Origin: Chitinophagales bacterium
GTDB taxonomy: Bacteria > Bacteroidota > Bacteroidia > Chitinophagales > CAIOSU01
Assembly: GCA_034440455.1 (NCBI GenBank)
Contig: JAWXCB010000125.1
Location: 1,797-65,796, forward strand
Direction of reading: 5' to 3'
Length of the DNA: 64,000 nt
The position numbers and the translations under genes are program-made. The notes beneath the pieces are model-generated. The model did not search any database, had not been told where the DNA came from, and saw only the letters and a list, made by a program, of their open reading frames with translations. How positions within the stretch are numbered: the stretch's first letter is position 1; each line of letters starts with the position of its first letter. Shown here one piece after another: positions 11,401 to 19,476 of this stretch.

Positions 11401-12338
11401 ACATTAATGTGAGCGTGAACGGAGGCACATTGGGCTATACTTATACATGGAGCAATGGCGAAAACACGGAAGACATCATCAACATCGGGACAGGCAGCTA
11501 CGCGCTTACGGTGGTGGATGCAAACAACTGTTCCCTCACTGACATCTACATCATCACCGCGCCCACCGCTTTGATTGCGAGCATCACCTCCACGAGCAAT
11601 GCCGTGTGCAACGATGAAAACACGGGCACGATTACCGTAGCCGCATTGGGCGGTGTGGCTCCTTATGAATATTCCACCAATGGATTCTCCTTTCAATCAA
11701 GCAGCACGTTCACCGATTTGGCTGCGGGCGATTATGCGGTGCTGGTGCGCGATGATAACGGCTGCACGGCAAGCGCGACAACGACTATTGAGGAAGGCGG
11801 GGAAATTTTCCTTTCGTATGGAGAGGATATAGACCTCATCAAAGGGCGATCGGTGCGGTTGCAACCCATTCTTGTTCCTGCGAATATTGTTGTTGACTCT
11901 GTAGTGTGGGAACCTGCCACAGGCTTGAGCGCTATCGACACGATTGCTCCCATAGCCAGCCCCACGGAAACCACTGTTTACACCGTAACGGTGTATGACA
12001 GCAACGGCTGCGCAGCCACCGTAGTGGTGCGCGTGGTTGTGCGCGATGAATATGCCATCTATATGCCCAACGTGTTCACGCCAAACAGCGATGGCGTGAA
12101 CGACCGCTTTTCCTTCTATGCTGATGGCACGGAAAATATCAGCGTGCGCATCTTTAACCGCTGGGGCGCAGAGGTATATTACAATCCCAACCAACAGCCC
12201 AACGTCCCCAACGATGGATGGGATGGCATGTACAATAGCAAAGAAGCGCAGCAGGGCGCATACATGTATCTGATTAACGTGGTTTATGCCAACAACGAAG
12301 AGCGGCAGGAAACGGGTACGATTACGCTCGTTCGGTAA
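8484..12338 (+). CDS. SprB-repeat adhesin-like protein with T9SS type B (gliding-motility-associated) C-terminal domain
   Basis: Signal peptide MRSLLSKAIALF, a Cys-rich N-domain, about 10 CxxxxDGxI...GGTxPYxY...Y.V.V.DxNxC repeats, and a C-terminus YMPNVFTPNSDGVND...IFNRWG...WDG...G.ITLVR. Confidence 0.93.
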   Translation: MRSLLSKAIALFVFSICITDVIAQSYNDGPIELQVRVREINTQIGATDASILGVGFAPDELTYKVWARDNADLDGQSWQGGQCLQSNFNPPGLSTDFNQNIFSYIYPTAPVPQFFDIRGDFWEDDAGSDFACGGGRCAFDNNTCCGAIVFGVCVGVSQEDDLHCDANPLATGLDYRLGAPCQWYDHGYVSGSCGNDYRPRIESYWRYTRGTSCNNTIDLGTLNSGGTITHFNSNECYSNNFSASAGKDVFYQFTTTATTGVIISLCGAGTSFNTVLYLLDASCNQISVNDNFCGNVSEITTNLCTPGTYKLVIDGAAAASQGTFSLTITDDPSALMSVTVTGTNVTCNAGTDGTATANVTSGSSPFTYVWSPAAGNTPTVIGLTIGTYSVTVTDATGCTASGSVNITQPGALTFTTVATEPTCNGGTDGSITMTATGGTTPYQYSSDNGNIYQNGNILTGLDAGTYTLRVKDANNCTATATVTVTDPPAIAPNLTVSNISCNGAVDGSVVSNPTNGLAPYEFSLDSGPFVLTNSFTGLSTGFHLLNVRDANGCEEAAGFNIFEPSNLSSLVQAVVDVSCNGLSDGSFTITGVGGTQPYFYSLDNNVFQQSGTFTGLADGIYPVYIADSSGCAAINSVTVEEPAILAGSVLFQINISCNGSIDGTVVLTASGGTGPYQFSDDGVFFTTSGFFDRLPGGTYTYYLRDNNNCNDSITFTIFEPDTLALSAANVIDATCLGINNGSITLSATGGIQPYRYAINGGAFQSSPTFSGLTAGTFQFTVRDDEFCEYTETLAIGFITTITATINTIPIFCSGGATGTISVAGANGTPPYTYSIDGVNFQSSGTFNGLSSGTYTVTARDGFGCLAVQDVTLAEPGEIEITVVLSTPASCFNTTDGSLDIDVTGGNDPYQFIWSNGAVTQNLVNVTGGTYTVTVTDNNGCQDSLTAVIDATPALFIDVESIQNISCNGDEDAYINVSVNGGTLGYTYTWSNGENTEDIINIGTGSYALTVVDANNCSLTDIYIITAPTALIASITSTSNAVCNDENTGTITVAALGGVAPYEYSTNGFSFQSSSTFTDLAAGDYAVLVRDDNGCTASATTTIEEGGEIFLSYGEDIDLIKGRSVRLQPILVPANIVVDSVVWEPATGLSAIDTIAPIASPTETTVYTVTVYDSNGCAATVVVRVVVRDEYAIYMPNVFTPNSDGVNDRFSFYADGTENISVRIFNRWGAEVYYNPNQQPNVPNDGWDGMYNSKEAQQGAYMYLINVVYANNEERQETGTITLVR

Positions 12339-12343
12339 AGTAA

Positions 12344-12372
12344 GTCAACAGACCACAGTCGTCAGTCAACAG
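12344..12372. repeat. Degenerate short tandem repeat (GTCAACA/GACCACA units)
   Basis: gtcaacagaccacagtcgtcagtcaacag. A related copy lies on the - strand at about 23222-23251. Confidence 0.55.
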
Positions 12373-12438
12373 TTTTTTGAGCAATGCCTGATAACAGACT
12401 TCTGTTTACATGCGCCTCGTTTACTTTTCCTTAAAAAC

Positions 12439-12475
12439 ACAAAAGCCTCATCTATGGGAAGATGAGGCTTTTGTA
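12439..12475. terminator. Bidirectional intrinsic terminator
   Basis: acaaaagcctcatct-atggga-agatgaggcttttgt: perfect stem with U tracts possible on both strands. Confidence 0.8.
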
Positions 12476-12680
12476 TTAAAAAATGCTTCCATACCTCTAT
12501 CAACGGCTTTTGTAGGTGAGCGGGCGAGAGAGGCTTGGATAGAGAAAGATGTATTTTGAGATTAACGACTGTTTATACAACTTTAAAAGACAAGTGAATG
12601 CCCTGTTTGAAAAAGACCAATATTATATTGAAATCACAGGTTAATGTTTTTGCTCAAAATTTGTAGGAAACAAAAAAATT

Positions 12681-12696
12681 GTTAGATTCGTCTAAC
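12681..12696. promoter_or_regulatory. DtxR/MntR-family operator upstream of mntH
   Basis: Palindrome GTTAGA-TTCG-TCTAAC about 40 bp before the Nramp start, resembling the TTAGGTTAGCCTAA DtxR/MntR box. Confidence 0.7.
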
Positions 12697-12734
12697 TTTT
12701 GTATTCTTGCAATCGAATTTCTTGATTTCGCTCA

Positions 12735-14618
12735 ATGAAAAAGCAAACCTCCGGTTCTCCGTCATTATCTGAAGTACACGCATCCATTAACGTGGAGCGG
12801 AAAGGCTTTTTAAGAAAGTTACTTGCGTTTTCGGGTCCGGCTTTCATGGTGAGCGTGGGCTATATGGATCCTGGCAATTGGGCTACCGATATTGCCGGAG
12901 GAAGTCAATTTGGGTACAAGCTGATTTGGGTACTGCTGATGTCAAACCTTATGGCAGTGTTGTTGCAAAGTTTCAGCGCGCGGTTGGGCTTGGCGAGGGG
13001 ATTGGACTTGGCGCAGGCTTCACGCGCCACCTATCCAAAGTACATCAATTACATCCTGTGGTTTTTTGCTGAAATCGCCATTGCCGCAACCGACCTTGCC
13101 GAAGTGTTGGGCATGGCAATCGGATTGCAACTGCTTTTTGATATTCCACTTACTGTTGGCGTTGCGATTACCGTGCTTGATACTTTTCTCTTGCTTGCAT
13201 TGCAGAACTACGGCATCCGCAAAATGGAAGCGTTTATTCTTGGATTGATTTCCATTATCGGCATGGCTTTTCTTGCCGAAATGATTTTTGCAAAACCCGA
13301 TATGTGCGAGTTAGCAAAAGGTTTTATTCCTTCGCTGCCCAATAGCACCGCTCTTTACATTGCAATCGGAATCATCGGGGCAACGGTGATGCCGCATAAT
13401 TTGTATTTACATTCTGCGCTTGTACAGACGCGAAATATTGAAAAAAGTGAACGCGGAATTTGGGAGGCGATCAAATTCAACATGATTGATTCGGTTGTCG
13501 CGCTGAATCTTGCATTTTTCGTCAATGCTGCAATCCTGATTTTAGCCGCATCTGCTTTTTATAAAAACGGCATGTTTGATGTTTCTGAAATTCAAGATGC
13601 GCATAAGTTTCTGGAGCCTTTGCTCGGAACCAAATGGGCACCTGTGCTTTTTGCGATTGCGCTGATTGCCGCAGGACAAAGTTCCACCATTACCGGTACG
13701 CTTGCCGGGCAAGTAGTAATGGAAGGTTATTTAAATCTGCGTATTCAGCCTTGGCTACGCAGGCTATTGACACGCCTTATCGCCATTATTCCAGCTTTAT
13801 TAACCATCACAATTTTAGGTGAAGAATCAACTGGTGAATTATTAGTGCTGAGCCAGGTGATTTTGAGTTTACAGTTAGGCTTCGCTATTATTCCACTCAT
13901 TCATTTTGTGAGTGACAGCGAGAAGATGGGGGTGTTCGTAATCAAAAATAAAATCAAAATCCTTGCATGGGTTACCGCTGCCATCATCGTTTCGCTGAAT
14001 GTAAAACTCGTGGTAGATACGATTGCAGAATGGCTCAACACAGCAGATAACTCGCTCGTGCTATGGTTTACGGTTGTTCCGGTAACAGCAGGCGCGGGAG
14101 TTTTGCTACTGTATATTGTTGCAAAACCATTTTTGGTAAAAGCGAAGAAAGTGAAAACGCATGTTCCACATGCCGTGATGCAGCAATTAGACATTCAACC
14201 GCAAGCGAGCTATAAGCGCATTGCAATTGCAATTGATTTTTCAGAGATGGACAGCATGGCTATTTCTCATGCAATCAGTCAAGGAGGAAAAACCTGCGAG
14301 TACCTCATGATTCATATTGTCGAAACAGCGGGAGCCACTGTGATGGGCAGCGAAATTGGCGACCATGAAACTGAAAGCGATGCATTGAATCTGAATGAAT
14401 ATCAAAAGCAGTTGCGTGAGAATGGTTTTAATGCCTCGTTTAAACTTGGTTTTGGAAGTCCTAAAAAAGCGATTCCTGAACTTGTGAATGAATACAATGC
14501 TGACCTGCTTGTGATGGGCGCGCACGGTCATCGTGTGCTGAAAGATATTCTGTTCGGAACCACGGTGGAATCAGTACGCCACAATGTGAAAATTCCGGTG
14601 CTGATTGTAAGAAAGTAA
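12735..14618 (+). CDS. mntH: Nramp Mn2+/Fe2+ transporter fused to a C-terminal universal stress protein domain
   Basis: GYMDPGNWATD and GATVMPHNLYLHS motifs; C-terminal RIAIAIDFS...DLLVMGAHGH...FGTTVESV...IPVLIV (USP). Confidence 0.95.
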   Translation: MKKQTSGSPSLSEVHASINVERKGFLRKLLAFSGPAFMVSVGYMDPGNWATDIAGGSQFGYKLIWVLLMSNLMAVLLQSFSARLGLARGLDLAQASRATYPKYINYILWFFAEIAIAATDLAEVLGMAIGLQLLFDIPLTVGVAITVLDTFLLLALQNYGIRKMEAFILGLISIIGMAFLAEMIFAKPDMCELAKGFIPSLPNSTALYIAIGIIGATVMPHNLYLHSALVQTRNIEKSERGIWEAIKFNMIDSVVALNLAFFVNAAILILAASAFYKNGMFDVSEIQDAHKFLEPLLGTKWAPVLFAIALIAAGQSSTITGTLAGQVVMEGYLNLRIQPWLRRLLTRLIAIIPALLTITILGEESTGELLVLSQVILSLQLGFAIIPLIHFVSDSEKMGVFVIKNKIKILAWVTAAIIVSLNVKLVVDTIAEWLNTADNSLVLWFTVVPVTAGAGVLLLYIVAKPFLVKAKKVKTHVPHAVMQQLDIQPQASYKRIAIAIDFSEMDSMAISHAISQGGKTCEYLMIHIVETAGATVMGSEIGDHETESDALNLNEYQKQLRENGFNASFKLGFGSPKKAIPELVNEYNADLLVMGAHGHRVLKDILFGTTVESVRHNVKIPVLIVRK

Positions 14619-14627
14619 AACCACGCT

Positions 14628-14710
14628 CGTCATGCTGAGTGCAACGAAGCATCTCTACATTCAAAATGGTTGGAGATTCTTCGCTGCGTATAACTCCGCT
14701 CAGTATGACG
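14628..14710. repeat. GTCAT...ATGAC palindromic element
   Basis: cgtcatgctgagtgcaacgaagcatctc ... gagattcttcgctgcg...ctcagtatgacg. Relatives at 17557, 35391, 41143, 44735, 48093 and 60223. Confidence 0.8.
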
Positions 14711-14761
14711 AACAATGGCAGTAATTAAAACTGCTATCTTGCTTTTCAAATCCTTCAGCAA

Positions 14762-15574
14762 TTGCAACTTGAATCTCTCTGCGAAAAAGCGAACCCGATT
14801 ATTCTTGAAACCGGAAAATTTATCCGCGAGCAATCACAGCGCCTGCATGAAATCACGATTGAAGAAAAAGACATTAACAGTTTAGTGAGTTATGTTGACC
14901 GTGAAGCGGAAAAACAATTAGTAGCAGAACTTGGCAAACTCTTGCCCGATGCGGGCTTTCTTACAGAAGAAGATACGCCCAACACGGAAGGCAAAACATG
15001 GCAGTGGATTATTGACCCGCTCGATGGCACTACGAATTTTCTGTACGGTATTCCCTGTTTTTCCATCAGCGTTGGTTTGAAAAGAGACGACAAACTCGTG
15101 TTGGGAATCATCTATGAAATCAATGACGATGAATTGTTTTACGCTTGGGAAAACGGAGGCGCATTTTTGAATAAAAACAGGATTCATGTTTCGCAAAGAA
15201 AACTGCTGAGTCAAAGCCTGCTGGCAACGGGCTTTCCTTATTATGATTTCACGAGCATGGGCAAGTATCTGAAATCATTCACCTATCTGATGCAAAACTC
15301 ACGCGGTATCCGCAGGCTCGGTTCGGCAGCCGTTGATTTAGCGTATGTCGCCTGTGGAAGATTTGACGGTTTCTTTGAATACAGCCTCAACCCCTGGGAT
15401 GTTGCCGGAGGCGCAGTGATTGTAAAAGAAGCAGGAGGCTCTGTGATTGATTTCACCGGAGGTGAGAATTATTTATTCGGAAAAGAAATCATTGCATCTA
15501 ACCCATTCATTACAAAAGATTTGATGAAAGTATTGAAAAAAGACTTTCATGAACGAGTTGATAGCCCTGTATGA
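14762..15574 (+). CDS. suhB: Inositol monophosphatase family protein
   Basis: WIIDPLDGTTNF, RRLGSAAVDLAYVACGRFDGF and WDVAGG motifs. Confidence 0.9.
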   Translation: MQLESLCEKANPIILETGKFIREQSQRLHEITIEEKDINSLVSYVDREAEKQLVAELGKLLPDAGFLTEEDTPNTEGKTWQWIIDPLDGTTNFLYGIPCFSISVGLKRDDKLVLGIIYEINDDELFYAWENGGAFLNKNRIHVSQRKLLSQSLLATGFPYYDFTSMGKYLKSFTYLMQNSRGIRRLGSAAVDLAYVACGRFDGFFEYSLNPWDVAGGAVIVKEAGGSVIDFTGGENYLFGKEIIASNPFITKDLMKVLKKDFHERVDSPV

Positions 15575-16206
15575 TTATTGATTTTGCAGCGAAGTTGAGC
15601 GAACAGATTCAATATCTTCCCGGGCATGTTGCCCAAGAGAAGATGGCACCCGAGCATCGCCTCCCCCATGCGCAATGGGAGCATTATTTCGCAAACGCGA
15701 AAAAAGGCGGAGTGCTGATTTTATTTTATCCCGTTCAAACAACTATTCACACTGTGCTGATTCAACGCCCGCACTATGAAGGTGTGCATAGCGGGCAGGT
15801 TGCATTTCCCGGAGGAGCGAAAGAAGATGCGGATGCAACAATGATTGAAACAGCGTTGCGCGAAGCAGAAGAAGAAGTGGGAGCAAGCAGAAAATCAGTT
15901 CAGGTTATCGGACAACTTACCGAACTCTATATTCCACCGAGTAATTTTTTAATCACGCCTGTTGTTGGATTCTCGCAACAACGTCCTGATTTTGTGCTTG
16001 AAGCAAATGAAGTAGCGGGAATCATCGAACCCACGCTCCATGAATTGCTTGATGAAAAATCAGCGGGAATAAAAAAAATACAAGTGCGCTCCGACATCGC
16101 TATTGATGCGCCTTACTACGACATTCAGGGACGAACCGTTTGGGGCGCGACTGCGATGATGATAAGCGAGTTGAATGAAATACTGAAGCGAGTGTCGGGC
16201 TTATGA
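15571..16206 (+). CDS. Nudix CoA pyrophosphatase
   Basis: HSGQVAFPGG...TALREAEEEVG Nudix box and VWGATAM. Confidence 0.92.
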   Translation: MIIDFAAKLSEQIQYLPGHVAQEKMAPEHRLPHAQWEHYFANAKKGGVLILFYPVQTTIHTVLIQRPHYEGVHSGQVAFPGGAKEDADATMIETALREAEEEVGASRKSVQVIGQLTELYIPPSNFLITPVVGFSQQRPDFVLEANEVAGIIEPTLHELLDEKSAGIKKIQVRSDIAIDAPYYDIQGRTVWGATAMMISELNEILKRVSGL

Positions 16207-16216
16207 AACTTGCAGG

Positions 16217-16498
16217 TTACTCTTTCGGCAATGCAGACAAAAACTTTTCCGGCTCTGCTTTGAATTCATCTTTACATCCGGGATTGCAGAAGCCATATAA
16301 CTTGCCATTGTAAGTCATTGTGTCGGCAACTTCAAACTTCGTCATCTGGCAAACAGGGTCAACCTTCACATCGAGTTGTTCAACCGTGAGAGCAATTTTT
16401 GTTTTTTCCTCTTTCCCCGCGTTATCCGTTTTTGCGGTTTGTCCGCAACCTGCGAATACGATGGAGGAAATAGCGAGGAGTAAAAAGAGTTTATTCAT
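16217..16498 (-). CDS. YHS-domain lipoprotein
   Basis: Lipobox FAGC; DPVCQM...YGFCNPGCKDEFKAEPEKF. Confidence 0.85.
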   Translation of the reverse strand: MNKLFLLLAISSIVFAGCGQTAKTDNAGKEEKTKIALTVEQLDVKVDPVCQMTKFEVADTMTYNGKLYGFCNPGCKDEFKAEPEKFLSALPKE

Positions 16499-16544
16499 TT
16501 TAAGGTTTGTTTGCAATCAAATTTCGGAAATGTTTTTTAAAAAA

Positions 16545-17516
16545 CTATTTCCGCAGCAAGCCAAACACAACCAGCGCAATCAGCGGAATTGGAATCGTGC
16601 CGTCAATTTCCCATTCTCGTTCCAGAGCGCTGCCAAACGCGGGTTTCACAATGTTGCCCTGAATTACGTAGCCTTCCGAAGCGGGACCATATCTTCTCCG
16701 CAAAATCGAGCCATCCCATTCAAATTCGTCCTCTGAGGAAAACCATTTGCGTCTTAAAATTTCTCCGTCCCACTCCATTTCTTCCTGCCCGGGATACCAC
16801 AGGCGTTTCAGCGTTACGCCATCAAACGTCCATTCTTCATAGTCGAAAGAATTCCATCTCCGTTTTAGCACTTCGCCATCCCATTCAAATTCATCCAAGC
16901 CGGTGTTCCATAACTTGCGGATAGTGCCCGATGTGTTTTTAACAGAGGAAATTTGATTTGTTGAATTTGTTATCGCTGGCTGCATTTCTATTGCAGCTTT
17001 TTGTTCAAACTCTTTTTCCCACTCAAACTTTTGTACATAATAATAAAACACCGCAGCGAGTTTTCCTGTTGAAACATCGTGCGCTGCAATCCTGCATACA
17101 AGCGTGTCGGAATTTTTTAAATACAAATCAATGCTTTCAGTTTCTTTCTTGTAATGCGCCATCTGGTAACTGGCAGCGTAAGTGCTGTTTTTGCGATAGA
17201 AAAATGCGCCATCGCGCACACTGAATAATTCTTCCCGCTGTGAAGCGTTCAGCACCTGTCCCTCTTTTTTCTTTGAGAAAAGATTTTCAGCCTTCACCAA
17301 CAGTTCAATATCTTGCTGCTTGTCAGACGCGCCTTTAAAAATGATGTTGCCTTTAATAGTATAGAGCGTTTTGCCCGTGCCTGCTTCTTTCAAAAAATCA
17401 TTTTCAAAAAAAAACGCCTTATTGCCCAGCCCGTCTTTTACTTCGATGGTTTGCGCAGCAACCGGTTGTGAAAAAAATAAGAGGATGAAACAATAGAGGG
17501 ATAGTTGCAACCGCAT
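16545..17516 (-). CDS. Secreted hypothetical protein with tandem (E)WDG..L.R.W repeats
   Basis: Signal peptide ending PVAAQ; five to six repeats of about 17-18 aa in the C-terminal half. Confidence 0.75.
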   Translation of the reverse strand: MRLQLSLYCFILLFFSQPVAAQTIEVKDGLGNKAFFFENDFLKEAGTGKTLYTIKGNIIFKGASDKQQDIELLVKAENLFSKKKEGQVLNASQREELFSVRDGAFFYRKNSTYAASYQMAHYKKETESIDLYLKNSDTLVCRIAAHDVSTGKLAAVFYYYVQKFEWEKEFEQKAAIEMQPAITNSTNQISSVKNTSGTIRKLWNTGLDEFEWDGEVLKRRWNSFDYEEWTFDGVTLKRLWYPGQEEMEWDGEILRRKWFSSEDEFEWDGSILRRRYGPASEGYVIQGNIVKPAFGSALEREWEIDGTIPIPLIALVVFGLLRK

Positions 17517-17690
17517 GGAGGGAGTAACGGTAAAGATAGATTTTTCGCGTGTTGTCGTCATTGCGAGCGAGGAATCGGGCGCATGACAAATTGCAAAGAG
17601 CGTGGCTTTTCCCCCGATTACTCATGGGAAATACAAAGGAGTATCAAAGTAAAAGTTGAAGGGGGATGCCGGAACGAGTCCGGCATTGCA

Positions 17691-19208
17691 TCAAAGACCA
17701 ATCTTCAGCACCATTCCGGGCTTCAGCTCATTGGCGGAAATGTTGTTTTCCTTTTTGATATCATCCACGTTTACGCGGTAGCGTTGTGAAATATCCCACA
17801 GTGTGTCGCCCGTGCGCACTTTGTAATACACGCAGTTGCAACTGTCATCACGCTTGATGTTCACCGTGCCTCCACTCGCTTTCCATTCCTGCTTCTCTTT
17901 CAGCGACATGCTGTTCACATCAGAGTAGTGGTCGTGCTTTTCTTTCGGAACATAAATCGAAAGTTTTTGTCCCACGCGAATCGTATTGCCGTTCATGCCG
18001 TTCCAGTTGCGAATTTGCTGGACGGTGCAATCATACCAATCTGAAATATATCCCAAATTATCGCCTGTCTTTACGGTATAATACAATTTCGACTTGCCGT
18101 TAGCGCCCGATGTAATCGTATTTAGTTGCGCAGTTACCTGCGAACGGGCAAGCAGTTCCTGTTCGGGGTCGGGCATGTTTTTGAAAATCGAATCTTCCAT
18201 CGCCACATACGTTGCGATTTTGCTTACCGGCAGCTTCAGCGCATAGCCCGAAGCGGTAACAGGAACAATATTTTTCTTCAGCGAAGGATTCAAAAATTCA
18301 AGCTCAGTCACCTCCATGCCGATGTTAGTTGCGATGTGCGAAAGCCCCGCTTTTTTATATACCATTACTGTATCAGTAGGGTGGCAAATGTATTTCGGCA
18401 TAATCGGGCGCAGCGCAAAATCTTTGTAGTGCATGAAAACATACATCGCGCCAAGAAAAGCAGGCACGTAGCCGCGCGTTTCAGCGGGCAGAAAATGCTG
18501 CATCTTCCAGAAATTTCTCTCACCGCCCGCGCGCGCGATTCCTTTGTTTACATTGCCCGGACCGCAATTGTATGCCGCAATAGCAAGCAGCCAGTCGCCA
18601 TAGATGCCATGCATTTTTTCAAGATAATCGAGCGCGGCAGTAGTGGAGCGATAAGGGTCCCTGCGTTCATCCTCATAGCTGTTGATGTTCACGCCCAGCA
18701 TCCGCGCAGTGGAATACATTAACTGCCACAAACCCGTAGCGCCAGCACGTGATACCGCATTGGCGTTTAGCGCTGATTCCACCACAGCGAGATATTTCAA
18801 ATGATGCGGCAGATTGCGCCTGTCAAGTTCTTCTTCAAAAATCGGGAAATACATTTCTGACAAGCCAAGCATAATTTCCGTTTTCTCGCGCTTTTCATAG
18901 CCATACACTTCAATGTAGCGCTTCACGCGGTCATTGAAGGCAAGCGGAATTTCCGACTGAATGGATAAAATATTTTTGCGGATGAGCGAGTCATTAAAGA
19001 GCAGGCTTTCTTTTGCAATAGCAACGGTATCCGCAGTTTCATGCAGCGGAATTTGGAATCGTCCTTCAAACATTTTGCCCGTGAGGCTGTCGAGGTTAGC
19101 GATGATGGCTGCTTCTTCTGTGGTGAATTGCTTGCCGCTCTGCGCAAACGCAGAAAAAGAACAGACAACTGCGAGCAGCAGGTTCAAACATGGAGTAAAT
19201 AAACGCAT
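17691..19208 (-). CDS. mltD: Lytic transglycosylase with two LysM domains (MltD-like)
   Basis: VESALN.NAVSRAGATGLWQLM, AAYNCGPGNV, ETRGYVP, and LysM motifs YTVKTGDNL and YKVRTGDTLWDI. Confidence 0.92.
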   Translation of the reverse strand: MRLFTPCLNLLLAVVCSFSAFAQSGKQFTTEEAAIIANLDSLTGKMFEGRFQIPLHETADTVAIAKESLLFNDSLIRKNILSIQSEIPLAFNDRVKRYIEVYGYEKREKTEIMLGLSEMYFPIFEEELDRRNLPHHLKYLAVVESALNANAVSRAGATGLWQLMYSTARMLGVNINSYEDERRDPYRSTTAALDYLEKMHGIYGDWLLAIAAYNCGPGNVNKGIARAGGERNFWKMQHFLPAETRGYVPAFLGAMYVFMHYKDFALRPIMPKYICHPTDTVMVYKKAGLSHIATNIGMEVTELEFLNPSLKKNIVPVTASGYALKLPVSKIATYVAMEDSIFKNMPDPEQELLARSQVTAQLNTITSGANGKSKLYYTVKTGDNLGYISDWYDCTVQQIRNWNGMNGNTIRVGQKLSIYVPKEKHDHYSDVNSMSLKEKQEWKASGGTVNIKRDDSCNCVYYKVRTGDTLWDISQRYRVNVDDIKKENNISANELKPGMVLKIGL

Positions 19209-19476
19209 GCGTTCAAAGTGGTTTCGAGGGGTGATGAAATGGGTATTATCTGAAAAGTTCTGTCAGGAACTTCAATTTACGTTAAAACATCCATTCAAGT
19301 TACGCCTGAATGCCTGAAAATAAAAAAAATGCGCCACCTTTTTCTTAACGCTCAAATGAAAGTGTTTCGTTCACAAGGCAATGAAAATATTTTTTGTGAT
19401 AGTTGTGGCGCATACGTGTTTCGTTTCTTTATCATTCGCACTTGTAGCGAACTCGAAAGAAGTTTTGTGGAATCCA

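Noticed and set aside
9480-11790. Repetitive DNA that might suggest an array
   Set aside because: It is degenerate coding SprB repeats, not CRISPR or another non-coding array.
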